The translations under genes were made by a program, and so were the position numbers. Source: a virus (taxonomy: Duplodnaviria > Caudoviricetes). Taken from it: a DNA stretch of 64,000 nucleotides. Shown here piece after piece: positions 40,355 to 49,162 of this stretch. A model generated the notes under the pieces. The model was given only the letters and a program-made list of their open reading frames with translations, was not told the origin of the DNA and did not search any database. Location of the stretch: the IMG/VR virus record IMGVR_UViG_3300021431_000087, positions 60,195 through 124,194 of that record; one strand, 5' to 3'. Position 1 is the stretch's first letter, and every line of letters starts with the position of its first letter.

Positions 40355-40603
40355 ACTCTTTCTGCGTCCTGTTATGGTCTTTCGCCTGACCTCTAAGGGT
40401 TTAGCCTTCTTATGAAGGTAGTGCAAAGATAAGAAAAAAGAGCGATTATTGCAAGTAAATAATCACTCTTTAGCTTTTAAAGCCTTACTTTAGCTTTAGT
40501 TATCTAAACTACCACCCGATAAGACGGTTTTCCATATTCACGCCTGCCCTGCGGATGCGCTCGCGTTGGGCGTCTGTCAGGGTGTTCCTGCGTAGCCTTG
40601 CCA

Positions 40604-40963
40604 TTACTTATCTACCTCTTTTTTCCTTTTTAAACGATTTGCCTCTTCTATAACTTTATTCCACACTTCCTTTGCATTTAACGAGGTGTGGTCGAAATAT
40701 CTGTAGAAATCACCATCTTCCCTGCTACTCTCTTTCAGTTCGTACGATTTGCCTATATCCCTTGCAGATACCCCGTTACCAAAATCAATAGGTCTCTTAT
40801 CTTGCGGAGCCCATTCACCTGACCTTACGCGTTCTTGTGTTGTCTTGTTCAGCGATGGATAAGTAGCACGCCCGTGTGCCCTGTCCGTCCTACCGCCAAT
40901 GGCGTTCCGTGAGCGCAGCCCCATCACTCCGTTTTCCCTTGCGGTCATTACTTCCTTAGCCAT
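40604..40963 (-). CDS. MAxE-ARE leader family protein
   Basis: MAKEVMTARENGV. Confidence 0.75.
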   Translation of the reverse strand: MAKEVMTARENGVMGLRSRNAIGGRTDRAHGRATYPSLNKTTQERVRSGEWAPQDKRPIDFGNGVSARDIGKSYELKESSREDGDFYRYFDHTSLNAKEVWNKVIEEANRLKRKKEVDK

Positions 40964-40987
40964 AATTTTCTTTTTTTGTTATTTCTT

Positions 40988-41407
40988 CTATACCCCCATG
41001 TGCTTCTTCCGATACTTTAACGTTATCAAGGCATCACGCTCTTTGGAGGTGAGCGTACCTTCCTTTTCGTGGCGCAAGAGAGCTTTGTCGTAGTCATGGT
41101 TGATGACGTTAGAAAAGCCGCCAGAGCGCTGTAGATGGGTGAGGTATGAGTCATACCCACCTTGGAATTTTTGTGTCTGCACTTGCATCGCGCTTGACGC
41201 TTCCGAACGGCTGATACCTCGTCCTGTCAGCCTTTTTGCCTCGTCGTTTGCAGCCTTGTATATTCGTTCCTTGTCAGCGTTTGTCCGCGCCGTTCTCATC
41301 TGACTTGCCATCGTCCGTAGTAAGCCTTCCCTTGTTCCGCCACTTCTTGAAACGGCATTTATCGGCTCTGCCATTAACTCCCGAGCAACAGTTGTTTCAC
41401 TTGCCAT
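40988..41407 (-). CDS. MAxE-ARE leader family protein
   Basis: MASETTVARELMAEPINA. Confidence 0.8.
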   Translation of the reverse strand: MASETTVARELMAEPINAVSRSGGTREGLLRTMASQMRTARTNADKERIYKAANDEAKRLTGRGISRSEASSAMQVQTQKFQGGYDSYLTHLQRSGGFSNVINHDYDKALLRHEKEGTLTSKERDALITLKYRKKHMGV

Positions 41408-41594
41408 GTTTCACTCCTTTTTTTAATGCCCTTGATAGAATTTCCCGACTTGTCAGCACACCATCGAGGACGGCATGACCCTTTTTTCGCTCTTTCTGTT
41501 CCTCACGTGCCCGTTTCAGCTCGTCTGCCGTGAGGTCTTTCACCGTCAACCCGAACGGGGCAAGACGGGCATTTATCTGCTTGTCGTTTGTCAT
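41397..41594 (-). CDS. Small hypothetical protein without the leader
   Basis: 65 aa, coupled between family members. Confidence 0.6.
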   Translation of the reverse strand: MTNDKQINARLAPFGLTVKDLTADELKRAREEQKERKKGHAVLDGVLTSREILSRALKKGVKHGK

Positions 41595-41597
41595 ATA

Positions 41598-41852
41598 TTA
41601 ACCTCCTCTTCTCTTTAGTTCCTTATCAATCGCATCAACCCTTGCCTTTGTCGTTTCATAGAAATCGTCCGACCAGCCATTCCGTGATGTAGCCTCATTA
41701 AAGTCTCTAACCGCCAGTTGTCTGTAAAAACGTAGATTTTCGGTTGAAGTGGTTGCAGCATCAAACGGAAGGATGCGTCTGCTTCCACTTCTTCTTTCTG
41801 CGTTTATCGCGTTTACGCGACTTTCCCTTGCTATTGTCGTTTCTGCTGCCAT
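41598..41852 (-). CDS. MAxE-ARE leader family protein
   Basis: MAAETTIARESRVNAINA. Confidence 0.8.
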   Translation of the reverse strand: MAAETTIARESRVNAINAERRSGSRRILPFDAATTSTENLRFYRQLAVRDFNEATSRNGWSDDFYETTKARVDAIDKELKRRGG

Positions 41853-41853
41853 G

Positions 41854-42456
41854 TTAGCCTCCTATCTTTTTTATTATTCTTTTTATTCTTTCATAATAAT
41901 TCTTATCGTTCCGATTCGCTCTCGCCTCGGCATAATCGAGTTTCTGCCCCTTGTGGTCAACCCGATATACGGGCTTTTCCATGTCTCTGTTCACTTGCGA
42001 GCGGATAGACTCATACTGCTCGGGGTTATCCTTGAAGCGGTAAGCCACCTTCTTTCCTTTTGACGTGCTGCGAATATCACCCCACTTCTTATCGAGTGCC
42101 TGCGCCACATTACGCAACTTAACACTTCCGTAGTAGTCGTTGATATCATCCTCCGAGCCTTTGTTGAACCACCCATCTGGGTCTAAGCCGAAGAACGGAT
42201 ACCACTTGCCGCTTTCCACGCTGTATTTCCTACCTTGCCCCGTGGAGAGGTAGAACGGCATATCCACCCCGTTGATATTGACAAGAACTATCTTTCGGTC
42301 AGCGAAGTCTATCATGCCTTGGAAAGAACCGTCTACACGCATCTTGTGGAAGTGCGTCCCTTCGGGCAGACCGTCAGACTTTAGTCTTACAGCCTTACCC
42401 TCCGCATTGATGGGGTTCACGGAACTCTCACGTGATTTATAGACTTCGCTTGCCAT
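41854..42456 (-). CDS. MAxE-ARE leader family protein
   Basis: MASEVYKSRESSVNPINA; globular core PFYLSTG..GKWYPFFG..GWFNKG. Confidence 0.8.
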   Translation of the reverse strand: MASEVYKSRESSVNPINAEGKAVRLKSDGLPEGTHFHKMRVDGSFQGMIDFADRKIVLVNINGVDMPFYLSTGQGRKYSVESGKWYPFFGLDPDGWFNKGSEDDINDYYGSVKLRNVAQALDKKWGDIRSTSKGKKVAYRFKDNPEQYESIRSQVNRDMEKPVYRVDHKGQKLDYAEARANRNDKNYYERIKRIIKKIGG

Positions 42457-42472
42457 TTATCCCCACTCTCTT

Positions 42473-42694
42473 TTAACCGAGCATTCTGTCTACAGTCCGC
42501 CTTATCCTTGTATTGTTCCTCTGTTCATTGGCAGGAACGTAAGGCTGATTGCCGGATATGTTTCCGTACCTACGCTGTAAAGAGTAAGCACGGGCACGTA
42601 CAGCCTGCTCCGTTGTACTCAAACCATTACGTCTTGCTTCCTCACGATTTGCAAAACTCCTCGTTCTGCTGCTCATAAAAACTTCCTTTGCCAT
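42473..42694 (-). CDS. MAxE leader family protein, Arg-rich
   Basis: MAKEVFMSSR. Confidence 0.7.
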   Translation of the reverse strand: MAKEVFMSSRTRSFANREEARRNGLSTTEQAVRARAYSLQRRYGNISGNQPYVPANEQRNNTRIRRTVDRMLG

Positions 42695-42699
42695 ATTCT

Positions 42700-43359
42700 T
42701 TATCCTTTCTTTTTAGTATAGTTCCAACCAAGCTCATTCGCCACAAGTTTGTTCACCTTATGCCAGTAAGTCGCCATATATCTCTCGTTTGCCACATCGG
42801 TCATCCGTGCCCTTTGGTAGTAGTACTGCCCTTCTGATAAGACCTGTTCTTGCGCATTCTTGAACGCCCGTCGAACAGCCGCCTGCTTTACGCCCCACCC
42901 GCCTTTCGGACGCTTGAACGAGAAGGTGTAGTTAGGTGTCACAGCCCGCATTTCCTTGGCGTTGTACTTCACGGCAATAATCATATCGTCAGGGGTGAAG
43001 GAGTTTCCTATGCTTCCGTAGCCAGTCTTGCCGATGGCGTCTGGGTGATTGTGCGTGAAGATGATATCATCCCTTCGGTTGCCGTTTGCGTCCTTCGGAA
43101 TATCCTTGTCGTAGACTGGGACTGCATCGTGCTTCTTGCCTTGTCTGCGGTTCAGTTGGTAGCCTTCGCTGTCATAGTAGGCCATCGCCTCGTTCCACTC
43201 CTGACGCTGCTTATGCTCGTAGGAGAGGATGGCACGTTTCAAGGCAGCGGAGTATCCGTTCTCCGTTACCCCTCCTACCGTTCTTGCCTCTCCACGTACC
43301 GCATTGGAAGTGTTGCGTATTGTGGAATATTCCCGTGCCGATGTAACCTCTGTAGCCAT
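42700..43359 (-). CDS. MAxE-ARE leader + JAB/MPN-like domain
   Basis: MATEVTSARE; THNHPD...SFTPDDM...EMRAVT. Confidence 0.75.
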   Translation of the reverse strand: MATEVTSAREYSTIRNTSNAVRGEARTVGGVTENGYSAALKRAILSYEHKQRQEWNEAMAYYDSEGYQLNRRQGKKHDAVPVYDKDIPKDANGNRRDDIIFTHNHPDAIGKTGYGSIGNSFTPDDMIIAVKYNAKEMRAVTPNYTFSFKRPKGGWGVKQAAVRRAFKNAQEQVLSEGQYYYQRARMTDVANERYMATYWHKVNKLVANELGWNYTKKKG

Positions 43360-43361
43360 TT

Positions 43362-43700
43362 TTATCTCCGTCTTCTATATCTCATTTCATCAAGAGCGAG
43401 GTTTGCCCATTTCCTACTATTTTCCCGTGCCGATGGGCTGATGCTGTACCGCGTAGAGAAATGGTTTGCCACGGCATAGAAATTGCCGAGCTCACGGTCT
43501 GTCATTGACTCTTCCTCAAGGTGACGCGCTGCATCACGGGCATCAGCATTGGATTTCTCCAACGTCCGTGTTATGGATCGCCACTCACTATTCGGGACAC
43601 TGTTTACATCGCGCGGTATTGGAATACGTCTTTGCGCCCGTCCGCTACCGTTTATTGGATTTGCGCGGTTTTCTCTTGCTACGATAGTTTCACTTGCCAT
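43362..43700 (-). CDS. MAxE-ARE leader family protein
   Basis: MASETIVARENRANPING. Confidence 0.8.
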   Translation of the reverse strand: MASETIVARENRANPINGSGRAQRRIPIPRDVNSVPNSEWRSITRTLEKSNADARDAARHLEEESMTDRELGNFYAVANHFSTRYSISPSARENSRKWANLALDEMRYRRRR

Positions 43701-43703
43701 ACA

Positions 43704-43916
43704 CTATATATTTTCAAGTTTCCTGTTTACCTCGCTCATGCGGCGGTTATATTCACTCTCCGATATTTCCCCTCTTGCGTAAAGAGTGCGGATGCCGCCT
43801 TTCTGGGCGTTATACAAGGCTATGTAGTCGGCTCTTGTATGACCGCTCCTCCTTGCCCTTTCGGAGTTAAGTGGATTAACGTTCCGTTCTCTTGCAATCG
43901 TAGTTTCTGATGCCAT
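43704..43916 (-). CDS. MAxE-ARE leader family protein
   Basis: MASETTIARERNVNPLNS. Confidence 0.8.
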   Translation of the reverse strand: MASETTIARERNVNPLNSERARRSGHTRADYIALYNAQKGGIRTLYARGEISESEYNRRMSEVNRKLENI

Positions 43917-43922
43917 AGTTTT

Positions 43923-44642
43923 TCATTCAAACATTTGTAATAATTCCTCACCTTTAACAAACTTCACGTCAGGCGCAACCCCCATGAGGTCGCAGAACGC
44001 CACGAAGTTATCATAGTTGGAGAACGAGAGAGTGACGTGTGCCGCCTCGTCGTTGCGGTAGTCCTTCTCCATCTCCTTAGTCTTAGCCTTTCCCGCCTTC
44101 ACCCTTGCCTTTGCCTCCTCGTACTCAGCAGTGCCTTTTTCGGGGACTTTCTTCGTCGGGGTGACAAGCTCGGAAAGGATATCCACCGTTTCCTCGTTAG
44201 AGCCGTTGGCGATGTTCAGGATGTCGTCAATCTCACTCTGGTCGAGTCCGATTTCCCCGAGGTCTATATCATTGGCAAACTCGGCAAGAAGGTCAAGGTC
44301 TGCCTTGGTGTCGCCTGCGGCCATATATGCAAGCTGCTGCTTTTCCTCATGCTCGTCCATGTGCACGACCTCTACCTTCACGTCATAGTCCGTCTCGGTT
44401 GTACCATCATAACCATAGTACAAATCCATAGCGGAAATACGGCGGTGTCCGTCAATAAGGTTACCTGTGGTCTCGTTCCATACGATACCACCAAGATAAC
44501 CTACTTTCTTGAGGTTCTTCGCCTGCTGCTTGATACGGTCTTCTTTATGACGTTTTGGGTTGATCGGGTTCTTCTTTATCTCGGAACGTTTCACCACCCT
44601 CGTCTCTGACGTTTCAAGTGCCTTAACTTTCTTTTTTGCCAT
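43923..44642 (-). CDS. ParB/Srx-like N-terminal domain protein
   Basis: NPKR...GIVWNETTGNLIDGHRR. Confidence 0.85.
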   Translation of the reverse strand: MAKKKVKALETSETRVVKRSEIKKNPINPKRHKEDRIKQQAKNLKKVGYLGGIVWNETTGNLIDGHRRISAMDLYYGYDGTTETDYDVKVEVVHMDEHEEKQQLAYMAAGDTKADLDLLAEFANDIDLGEIGLDQSEIDDILNIANGSNEETVDILSELVTPTKKVPEKGTAEYEEAKARVKAGKAKTKEMEKDYRNDEAAHVTLSFSNYDNFVAFCDLMGVAPDVKFVKGEELLQMFE

Positions 44643-44653
44643 TACTCAAGAAT

Positions 44654-44929
44654 TTAGAAATACTGTCCTCTGTTCCGACGCAACATATTTTGTGCTGCAC
44701 GGTTTATTCGCTGATAGTTACGCCACTCCTGCTCGTTCCGTGCCCCCGTCTTTGACGGATTGAACGGTTCGGTGTTGGCATACTGCGAATTAAGCCTTGA
44801 GGCGCGACGAATGATTGCGTCGTTTACATACCCCGTCATGGTGGCATTAGCCCGCGTACGTGCGCTGTAAGCCACTGCATTGACGGGATTTACCCGACTC
44901 TCTCTTGCTATAGTTGTTTCTGCTGCCAT
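44654..44929 (-). CDS. MAxE-ARE leader family protein
   Basis: MAAETTIARESRVNPVNA; C-terminus similar to 46432. Confidence 0.8.
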   Translation of the reverse strand: MAAETTIARESRVNPVNAVAYSARTRANATMTGYVNDAIIRRASRLNSQYANTEPFNPSKTGARNEQEWRNYQRINRAAQNMLRRNRGQYF

Positions 44930-45008
44930 ATCTTATCCTTTCTTTTTTGCAAATATAATCAAATTTCGTTGATAGTCAAAAATTTACATGCTAAAGATAG
45001 CAAAGGAA

Positions 45009-45725
45009 CTAATCGGATTCATTCTTCTCCGATTCTTCCTTTTTCTTTTTCTCTTTGTAGTCGTACTCAAACAAAAGACGCTCACAATCAGGGTACTCAT
45101 CATAGAGCTTGTGCAAGTCCTGCGGGAATTTCTCACGGATATAGAGCAGATAGTCGAGATCGGTGATATTCTGACCACTCGACTGTCCCTTTCCGTAGCA
45201 CTCTGGACGAATCAGCCCCATACGGTCGATATACTCCAGAATATCCTTGTTCTTATAGTGTGAGAGAGGATAGGCTTTCTTCGATTTCTCGCAGATAGCC
45301 TCCATTTCATACGTGCGAAGCATACAGCGACGGTTGAGGGAATCGCTCTGCTTGAATCCGTAGAGCGCCCACTGTATGCCCATCTTCTTGCGAACCATGT
45401 CCGTAAGTGTCGCCATTGTCTGCAACTTCGTCTTCGGGTCTTTCCAATGCCCCATGTAGCCGTACTTGATGTACGAGAACACGGCGAAGTGCGGAATCTG
45501 CACGAACTCACAGTTGGGGTACTTCTTACGGGCGTAGTTAATGTAACGGTTGATGTGCTCCATGTTCTTTACCACGTACATAAACACGCACACCACACGC
45601 TTGAACCTCGGTGCGCAGATGTCAAGTAAGGCAATGCTGTCTTTGCCCGATGCAGAGTGGAACAGTATCACCTCGTCCGTACGCTTCGCTATCTCATCCG
45701 TTATCGCTATAGCCTTTCCTAACAT
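45009..45725 (-). CDS. PAPS-reductase / PP-loop family protein
   Basis: SASGKDS PP-loop, GFKQSDSLNRR, YPL. Confidence 0.85.
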   Translation of the reverse strand: MLGKAIAITDEIAKRTDEVILFHSASGKDSIALLDICAPRFKRVVCVFMYVVKNMEHINRYINYARKKYPNCEFVQIPHFAVFSYIKYGYMGHWKDPKTKLQTMATLTDMVRKKMGIQWALYGFKQSDSLNRRCMLRTYEMEAICEKSKKAYPLSHYKNKDILEYIDRMGLIRPECYGKGQSSGQNITDLDYLLYIREKFPQDLHKLYDEYPDCERLLFEYDYKEKKKKEESEKNESD

Positions 45726-45805
45726 AACTCTTGTCCTTTTTGCTAAATTATTATAATTTCGGTATCTTTTTCGACTTTTTACTTGCACGTTTCGCAGAAA
45801 TTGCT

Positions 45806-45894
45806 TATCTTTGCATCAACAAAAGGACATATATAGGTAAATACCTACCGCCCTTTTTGATAAGACCTTCGCCCAGCCGAGGGTCTTGTTGTTT
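45806..45894 (+). ncRNA. Putative ~75-nt sRNA with own promoter and terminator
   Basis: TATCTTTG 45806-45813; AAGACCTTCG/CGAGGGTCTT hairpin 45862-45887 with U-rich tail. Confidence 0.45.
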
Positions 45895-46390
45895 ATCCTA
45901 TAAAGTAGAGCGTTTCATATCCTTTTTTGTATTGAGCGGTCTTAACTATCCATCTGCGTCCATTATGACTCATCCTATAGACATTGAAATTTGTTATCCC
46001 ACGCTTCTTTTTCTTTTCGATATTCTTTACGTCCTGCGGATTACTCATATCCTTATCCTCACCAAGAGGGCTGACGCGTACCTTGCGAAGTCGTGAAGGA
46101 TTGTTCCACGCTTCTTTTGCAGCATCAAGAGCACCGAACGAGCCTGCGTGATTCAAGAACTCTTTCTTTGCAGAGGAGGATTTCGTCAATTTCCCCGAAT
46201 ATAAATTGTCGTATGGTATGCGCTCGCTATGACTTGTTGGAAGGCTATCAGAATGAACAAGGGTGTTACGCTTTTGTTTGAGACGACGCTTATAGGACTG
46301 GTGTGCCGTTGCCGCCTGTCTTGCAGAGCCTCGCTGAGCGTTCAACGCTTTTACAGAACCTTCCCTTGCTATCGTTATCTCCTTTGCCAT
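45893..46390 (-). CDS. MAxE-ARE leader + LPD3/BECR nuclease-like domain
   Basis: MAKEITIAREGSV; C-terminal beta meander ending LYFI; domain call tentative. Confidence 0.65.
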   Translation of the reverse strand: MAKEITIAREGSVKALNAQRGSARQAATAHQSYKRRLKQKRNTLVHSDSLPTSHSERIPYDNLYSGKLTKSSSAKKEFLNHAGSFGALDAAKEAWNNPSRLRKVRVSPLGEDKDMSNPQDVKNIEKKKKRGITNFNVYRMSHNGRRWIVKTAQYKKGYETLYFIG

Positions 46391-46431
46391 CCTTCTTTCT
46401 TAATGGGAGGACGCTGTGTCTCCCCTCTTTT

Positions 46432-46659
46432 TTATTGGTTACGTACCCTATTTAACATCCTTCTTTCCGCATTTGCAATACGATTAAAGTTGCGGAGTTC
46501 CTGCTCAGCATTACCCGTATTATTTCGTGCCATCATACTATCCGCTCTTGCGCGAATGGCACGAACTGTATTGATAACACGATTGTTCGAGCTATTTGTT
46601 CCGTAAGCGATTGTCCTTTCACTCACTCCTCCACGATATGAATAAGCTTCACTTGCCAT
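46432..46659 (-). CDS. MAxE leader family protein
   Basis: MASEAYS; EQELRNFNRIANA similar to 44654. Confidence 0.7.
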   Translation of the reverse strand: MASEAYSYRGGVSERTIAYGTNSSNNRVINTVRAIRARADSMMARNNTGNAEQELRNFNRIANAERRMLNRVRNQ

Positions 46660-46687
46660 AGTTTTTATCCTTTCTTTTTGTTGTTTT

Positions 46688-47092
46688 TTACTTTTTCTTT
46701 GCCGCAGCAGCGAGACGCTTCAGCCGTCTCACGCCTTGGTTCAATTCCCTATTATACGCTGCCCTCTCCGCCTTTGCCTGCGCAAGCAGGTCACGGTCGG
46801 TGGTGAAGGCAGTGTTCGCATAGTTCCCAAGCGGATATTTCTCACGTAGCGAGTTACGAAGGTTGCGCACCTCCGTCTCATAAGCATCGTCAATCCGCCT
46901 GTCGCGCTCGTCACGGCGCAAAGACTCATAGATACGCATGTTCACACCCTGCTCCTCCAACTCAGCCCTGTAGGCCGCACTGATGGGGCGGGTGGTAATA
47001 CTGCGGAACGGGTTTGCCTGCCGCCTTGCAGACAAACTGACCGCATTAAGAGTATTAACACCACTTTCGCGGGCTATTGTAACCTCTGACAT
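46688..47092 (-). CDS. MAxE-ARE leader family protein
   Basis: MSEVTIARESGVNTLNA. Confidence 0.8.
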   Translation of the reverse strand: MSEVTIARESGVNTLNAVSLSARRQANPFRSITTRPISAAYRAELEEQGVNMRIYESLRRDERDRRIDDAYETEVRNLRNSLREKYPLGNYANTAFTTDRDLLAQAKAERAAYNRELNQGVRRLKRLAAAAKKK

Positions 47093-47168
47093 AAAACTGT
47101 TTTTTTAAATTTAATACATGAATAAAAAAAAAGGAAAAGGGGAAAAAAATCTTCCTCCCCTATCCATA

Positions 47169-47342
47169 CTAAAGACCAGCACGACGAGCGCGTGCAGTCT
47201 GACGAGCACCCACGGTACGGATGGTATTGCGAAGGGCACGTCCTCCCTCACCACCATACTGGCCTCTGTACTGAAGGCGTCCTGTGTTCTGGTTCACGCT
47301 ATACACGCCATTCGGTCTTGTACCTTTTACTGTCTCTGCCAT
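47169..47342 (-). CDS. 57-aa Gly/Arg-rich peptide (not in ORF track)
   Basis: Hand translation MAETVKGTRPNGVYSVNQNTGRLQYRGQYGGEGGRALRNTIRTVGARQTARARRAGL*. Confidence 0.7.
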   Translation of the reverse strand: MAETVKGTRPNGVYSVNQNTGRLQYRGQYGGEGGRALRNTIRTVGARQTARARRAGL

Positions 47343-47386
47343 AATCGTAACAGATTAACATTCAAAACTCATATATTAAATTTCTG

Positions 47387-47460
47387 CGGATGTGGCTGGA
47401 TTCAAACCAGCGGCCTATTGGTTAACAGCCAATTGCTCTGACCTTCTGAGCTACACAACC
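47387..47460 (-). tRNA. tRNA-Asn(GTT)
   Basis: GGTTGTG acceptor, ATTGG-CTGTTAA-CCAAT anticodon arm; T-loop TTTGAAT variant, one acceptor mismatch. Confidence 0.85.
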
Positions 47461-47467
47461 ATTTTCG

Positions 47468-47539
47468 TTGCGGAAGATGGGTTCGCACCATCGACCTCCT
47501 GGTTATGAGCCAGGCGAGCTACTACTGCTCCATTCCGCG
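47468..47539 (-). tRNA. tRNA-Met(CAT), initiator-like
   Basis: CGCGGAA/TTCCGCA with C1xA72 mismatch; CCTGG-CTCATAA-CCAGG. Confidence 0.88.
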
Positions 47540-47631
47540 ATATGAAAGGCATCCTCCGCTATCCCATGTGCCGCTGCCCTGTGTGCGAAGTACGGCGGAT
47601 CAATCCGTGCGGCTTCCTTTATGCCTTTTTG

Positions 47632-47716
47632 CGGAGAGTGAAGGATTCGAACCTCCGAGCCATTTCTGACTGACACGTTAGCAACATGTTGCTTTCGACC
47701 TCTCAGCCAACTCTCC
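47632..47716 (-). tRNA. tRNA-Ser(GCT)
   Basis: GGAGAGT/ACTCTCC, ACATG-TTGCTAA-CGTGT, long variable arm, GGTTCGAATCC. Confidence 0.9.
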
Positions 47717-47855
47717 TGATTGCGCTCTTTTCTTACCACAAATGATGTGGTCGTGCTTACGGGATTACTCGAGTTTACCGCAAAAATACACCATCGCGCC
47801 TTTTTAAAGGGCGGGGCTATCACTCCTGCGCTGACTCACCCCGTTGCCCTTTCGC

Positions 47856-48404
47856 TCATTTGCCCCCGTCGGGCTTAAGGTCGGTATCAAGCACCTCACC
47901 GATGACGAAGTAATAGAACAGCGGTCGGTTGGGGTCATTCTTCGCCTGGAAACTCGCCACCAGCTCATCGAATTCATGGAAATCGAAGCGCTGCTGCATA
48001 TCCGCCACGTTCTGGTCGGTGATGCCAATGAGCGCATTCTCCGTCACGCTCACGTCCAAGAACCACGAGTTGTTGTAGTTGTGGAAGTGAATCTTCTCAA
48101 CGGGGCGGGTGGCGCACATAAACTCCTCGAAAGCCTCCATCACCTCTTCATCATCACCGTGCTTTTCACGGAACTCCGTCATCCACTTGTCTACCTTCTT
48201 GTCCGTCAGGCGGTCAAAGTAGTGCTCGCTAAAAGCACGTATCTCAACCTTTTTCTCACCCTTTACGATAGCCTCGGCGAACTCGCGCCGCATTATCAGG
48301 TTCATGCACCTGACAGGCTCCGGTTGAGGAGCCTGAAACCTCTCACAGAACTCATCCATCGCAGCGAAATACTGCTCATCAGTCATGCTTGTGTACTTAC
48401 TCAT
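47856..48404 (-). CDS. ASCH domain protein
   Basis: [21 protein letters not shown]; IHFHNY. Confidence 0.8.
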   Translation of the reverse strand: MSKYTSMTDEQYFAAMDEFCERFQAPQPEPVRCMNLIMRREFAEAIVKGEKKVEIRAFSEHYFDRLTDKKVDKWMTEFREKHGDDEEVMEAFEEFMCATRPVEKIHFHNYNNSWFLDVSVTENALIGITDQNVADMQQRFDFHEFDELVASFQAKNDPNRPLFYYFVIGEVLDTDLKPDGGK

Positions 48405-48479
48405 ATCCTTCGTTTTTTAATTTTGTGCTATCCGCACGTTGCAAAATTAATAAATTTGTATTTAGTAACCAAATATTTT

Positions 48480-48776
48480 CTAAATTAATTGCTCCGTGAA
48501 TTTTCTCATCGTATCTTCGCTGAAATTCACGGATACCTCACAGCCCTCTTCGTCGAAGGCGCAGAAGTCCATTATCGTGAGCCGGGCGTAGTCTCGGACA
48601 TATGCTCCAGTCCCTTCCATATATCCTCCGCAGAAGTGGTCATCCTCTACATGTCCGTCCTCCTCGAACTCATACTCGAGGCTGAGTATCTCCCCGCCCT
48701 TCTCATACTCCATGGTATGCCGTCCCACGTCCACGTGACCAGACATCACAAGGTAATCATTACTATCCAAAACCAT
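48480..48776 (-). CDS. Acidic hypothetical protein
   Basis: 98-aa ORF. Confidence 0.55.
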   Translation of the reverse strand: MVLDSNDYLVMSGHVDVGRHTMEYEKGGEILSLEYEFEEDGHVEDDHFCGGYMEGTGAYVRDYARLTIMDFCAFDEEGCEVSVNFSEDTMRKFTEQLI

Positions 48777-48886
48777 GATGCTTTCGGTTTTTGGCGGTTT
48801 CTTTGGCTCGTGTCGCCTTATCTGCCGCCAGGTTGAACAACTGCCCGACAGCTGCCTTTTCGGGCAGCAGAAGGGCTTTATTTTCG

Positions 48887-49162
48887 CTATTCGGCATTAT
48901 CCCCGACGCTTATAAAGCATGGAGTCGCAAATATACGGTATTCATGCTCTAACATAAACTTTTCGTTTAATGCATGCGCACCGACCACATTTGCATCCTC
49001 GGTCACTTCACTGTAGAGCAGATTTGCCGATAGATCCTCCTTGCGCCACTTATCGACTGAATTCTTGCAGTAGCCCTCTGCACCACCGTAGCTTTCAAAA
49101 CGCTTGATAAGCGTGGTGGTAAGCAAGTCGGTCGGGCGGCACTCGGCTATATAAAAAACCAC
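48887..49162 (-). CDS. Hypothetical protein, start uncertain
   Basis: Follows promoter 49231-49238 and an AACCCTTAGA leader, but the nearby ATG is out of frame. Confidence 0.45.
   Translation of the reverse strand: MVFYIAECRPTDLLTTTLIKRFESYGGAEGYCKNSVDKWRKEDLSANLLYSEVTEDANVVGAHALNEKFMLEHEYRIFATPCFISVGDNAE

Noticed and set aside
45520-45570. Possible gapped match of tract 2 to the PAPS-reductase gene (..RYINYA..)
   Set aside because: Only about 15/28 bases match, within chance expectation
40604-47342. Diversity-generating retroelement or integron explaining the shared leaders
   Set aside because: No reverse transcriptase, TR/VR pair, integrase or attC-like sites are visible in the window
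28290-48825. Loosely similar TTGCCC-GTGTCGC-like motifs near 28305, 39201 and 48803
   Set aside because: Too short and degenerate to support without an alignment
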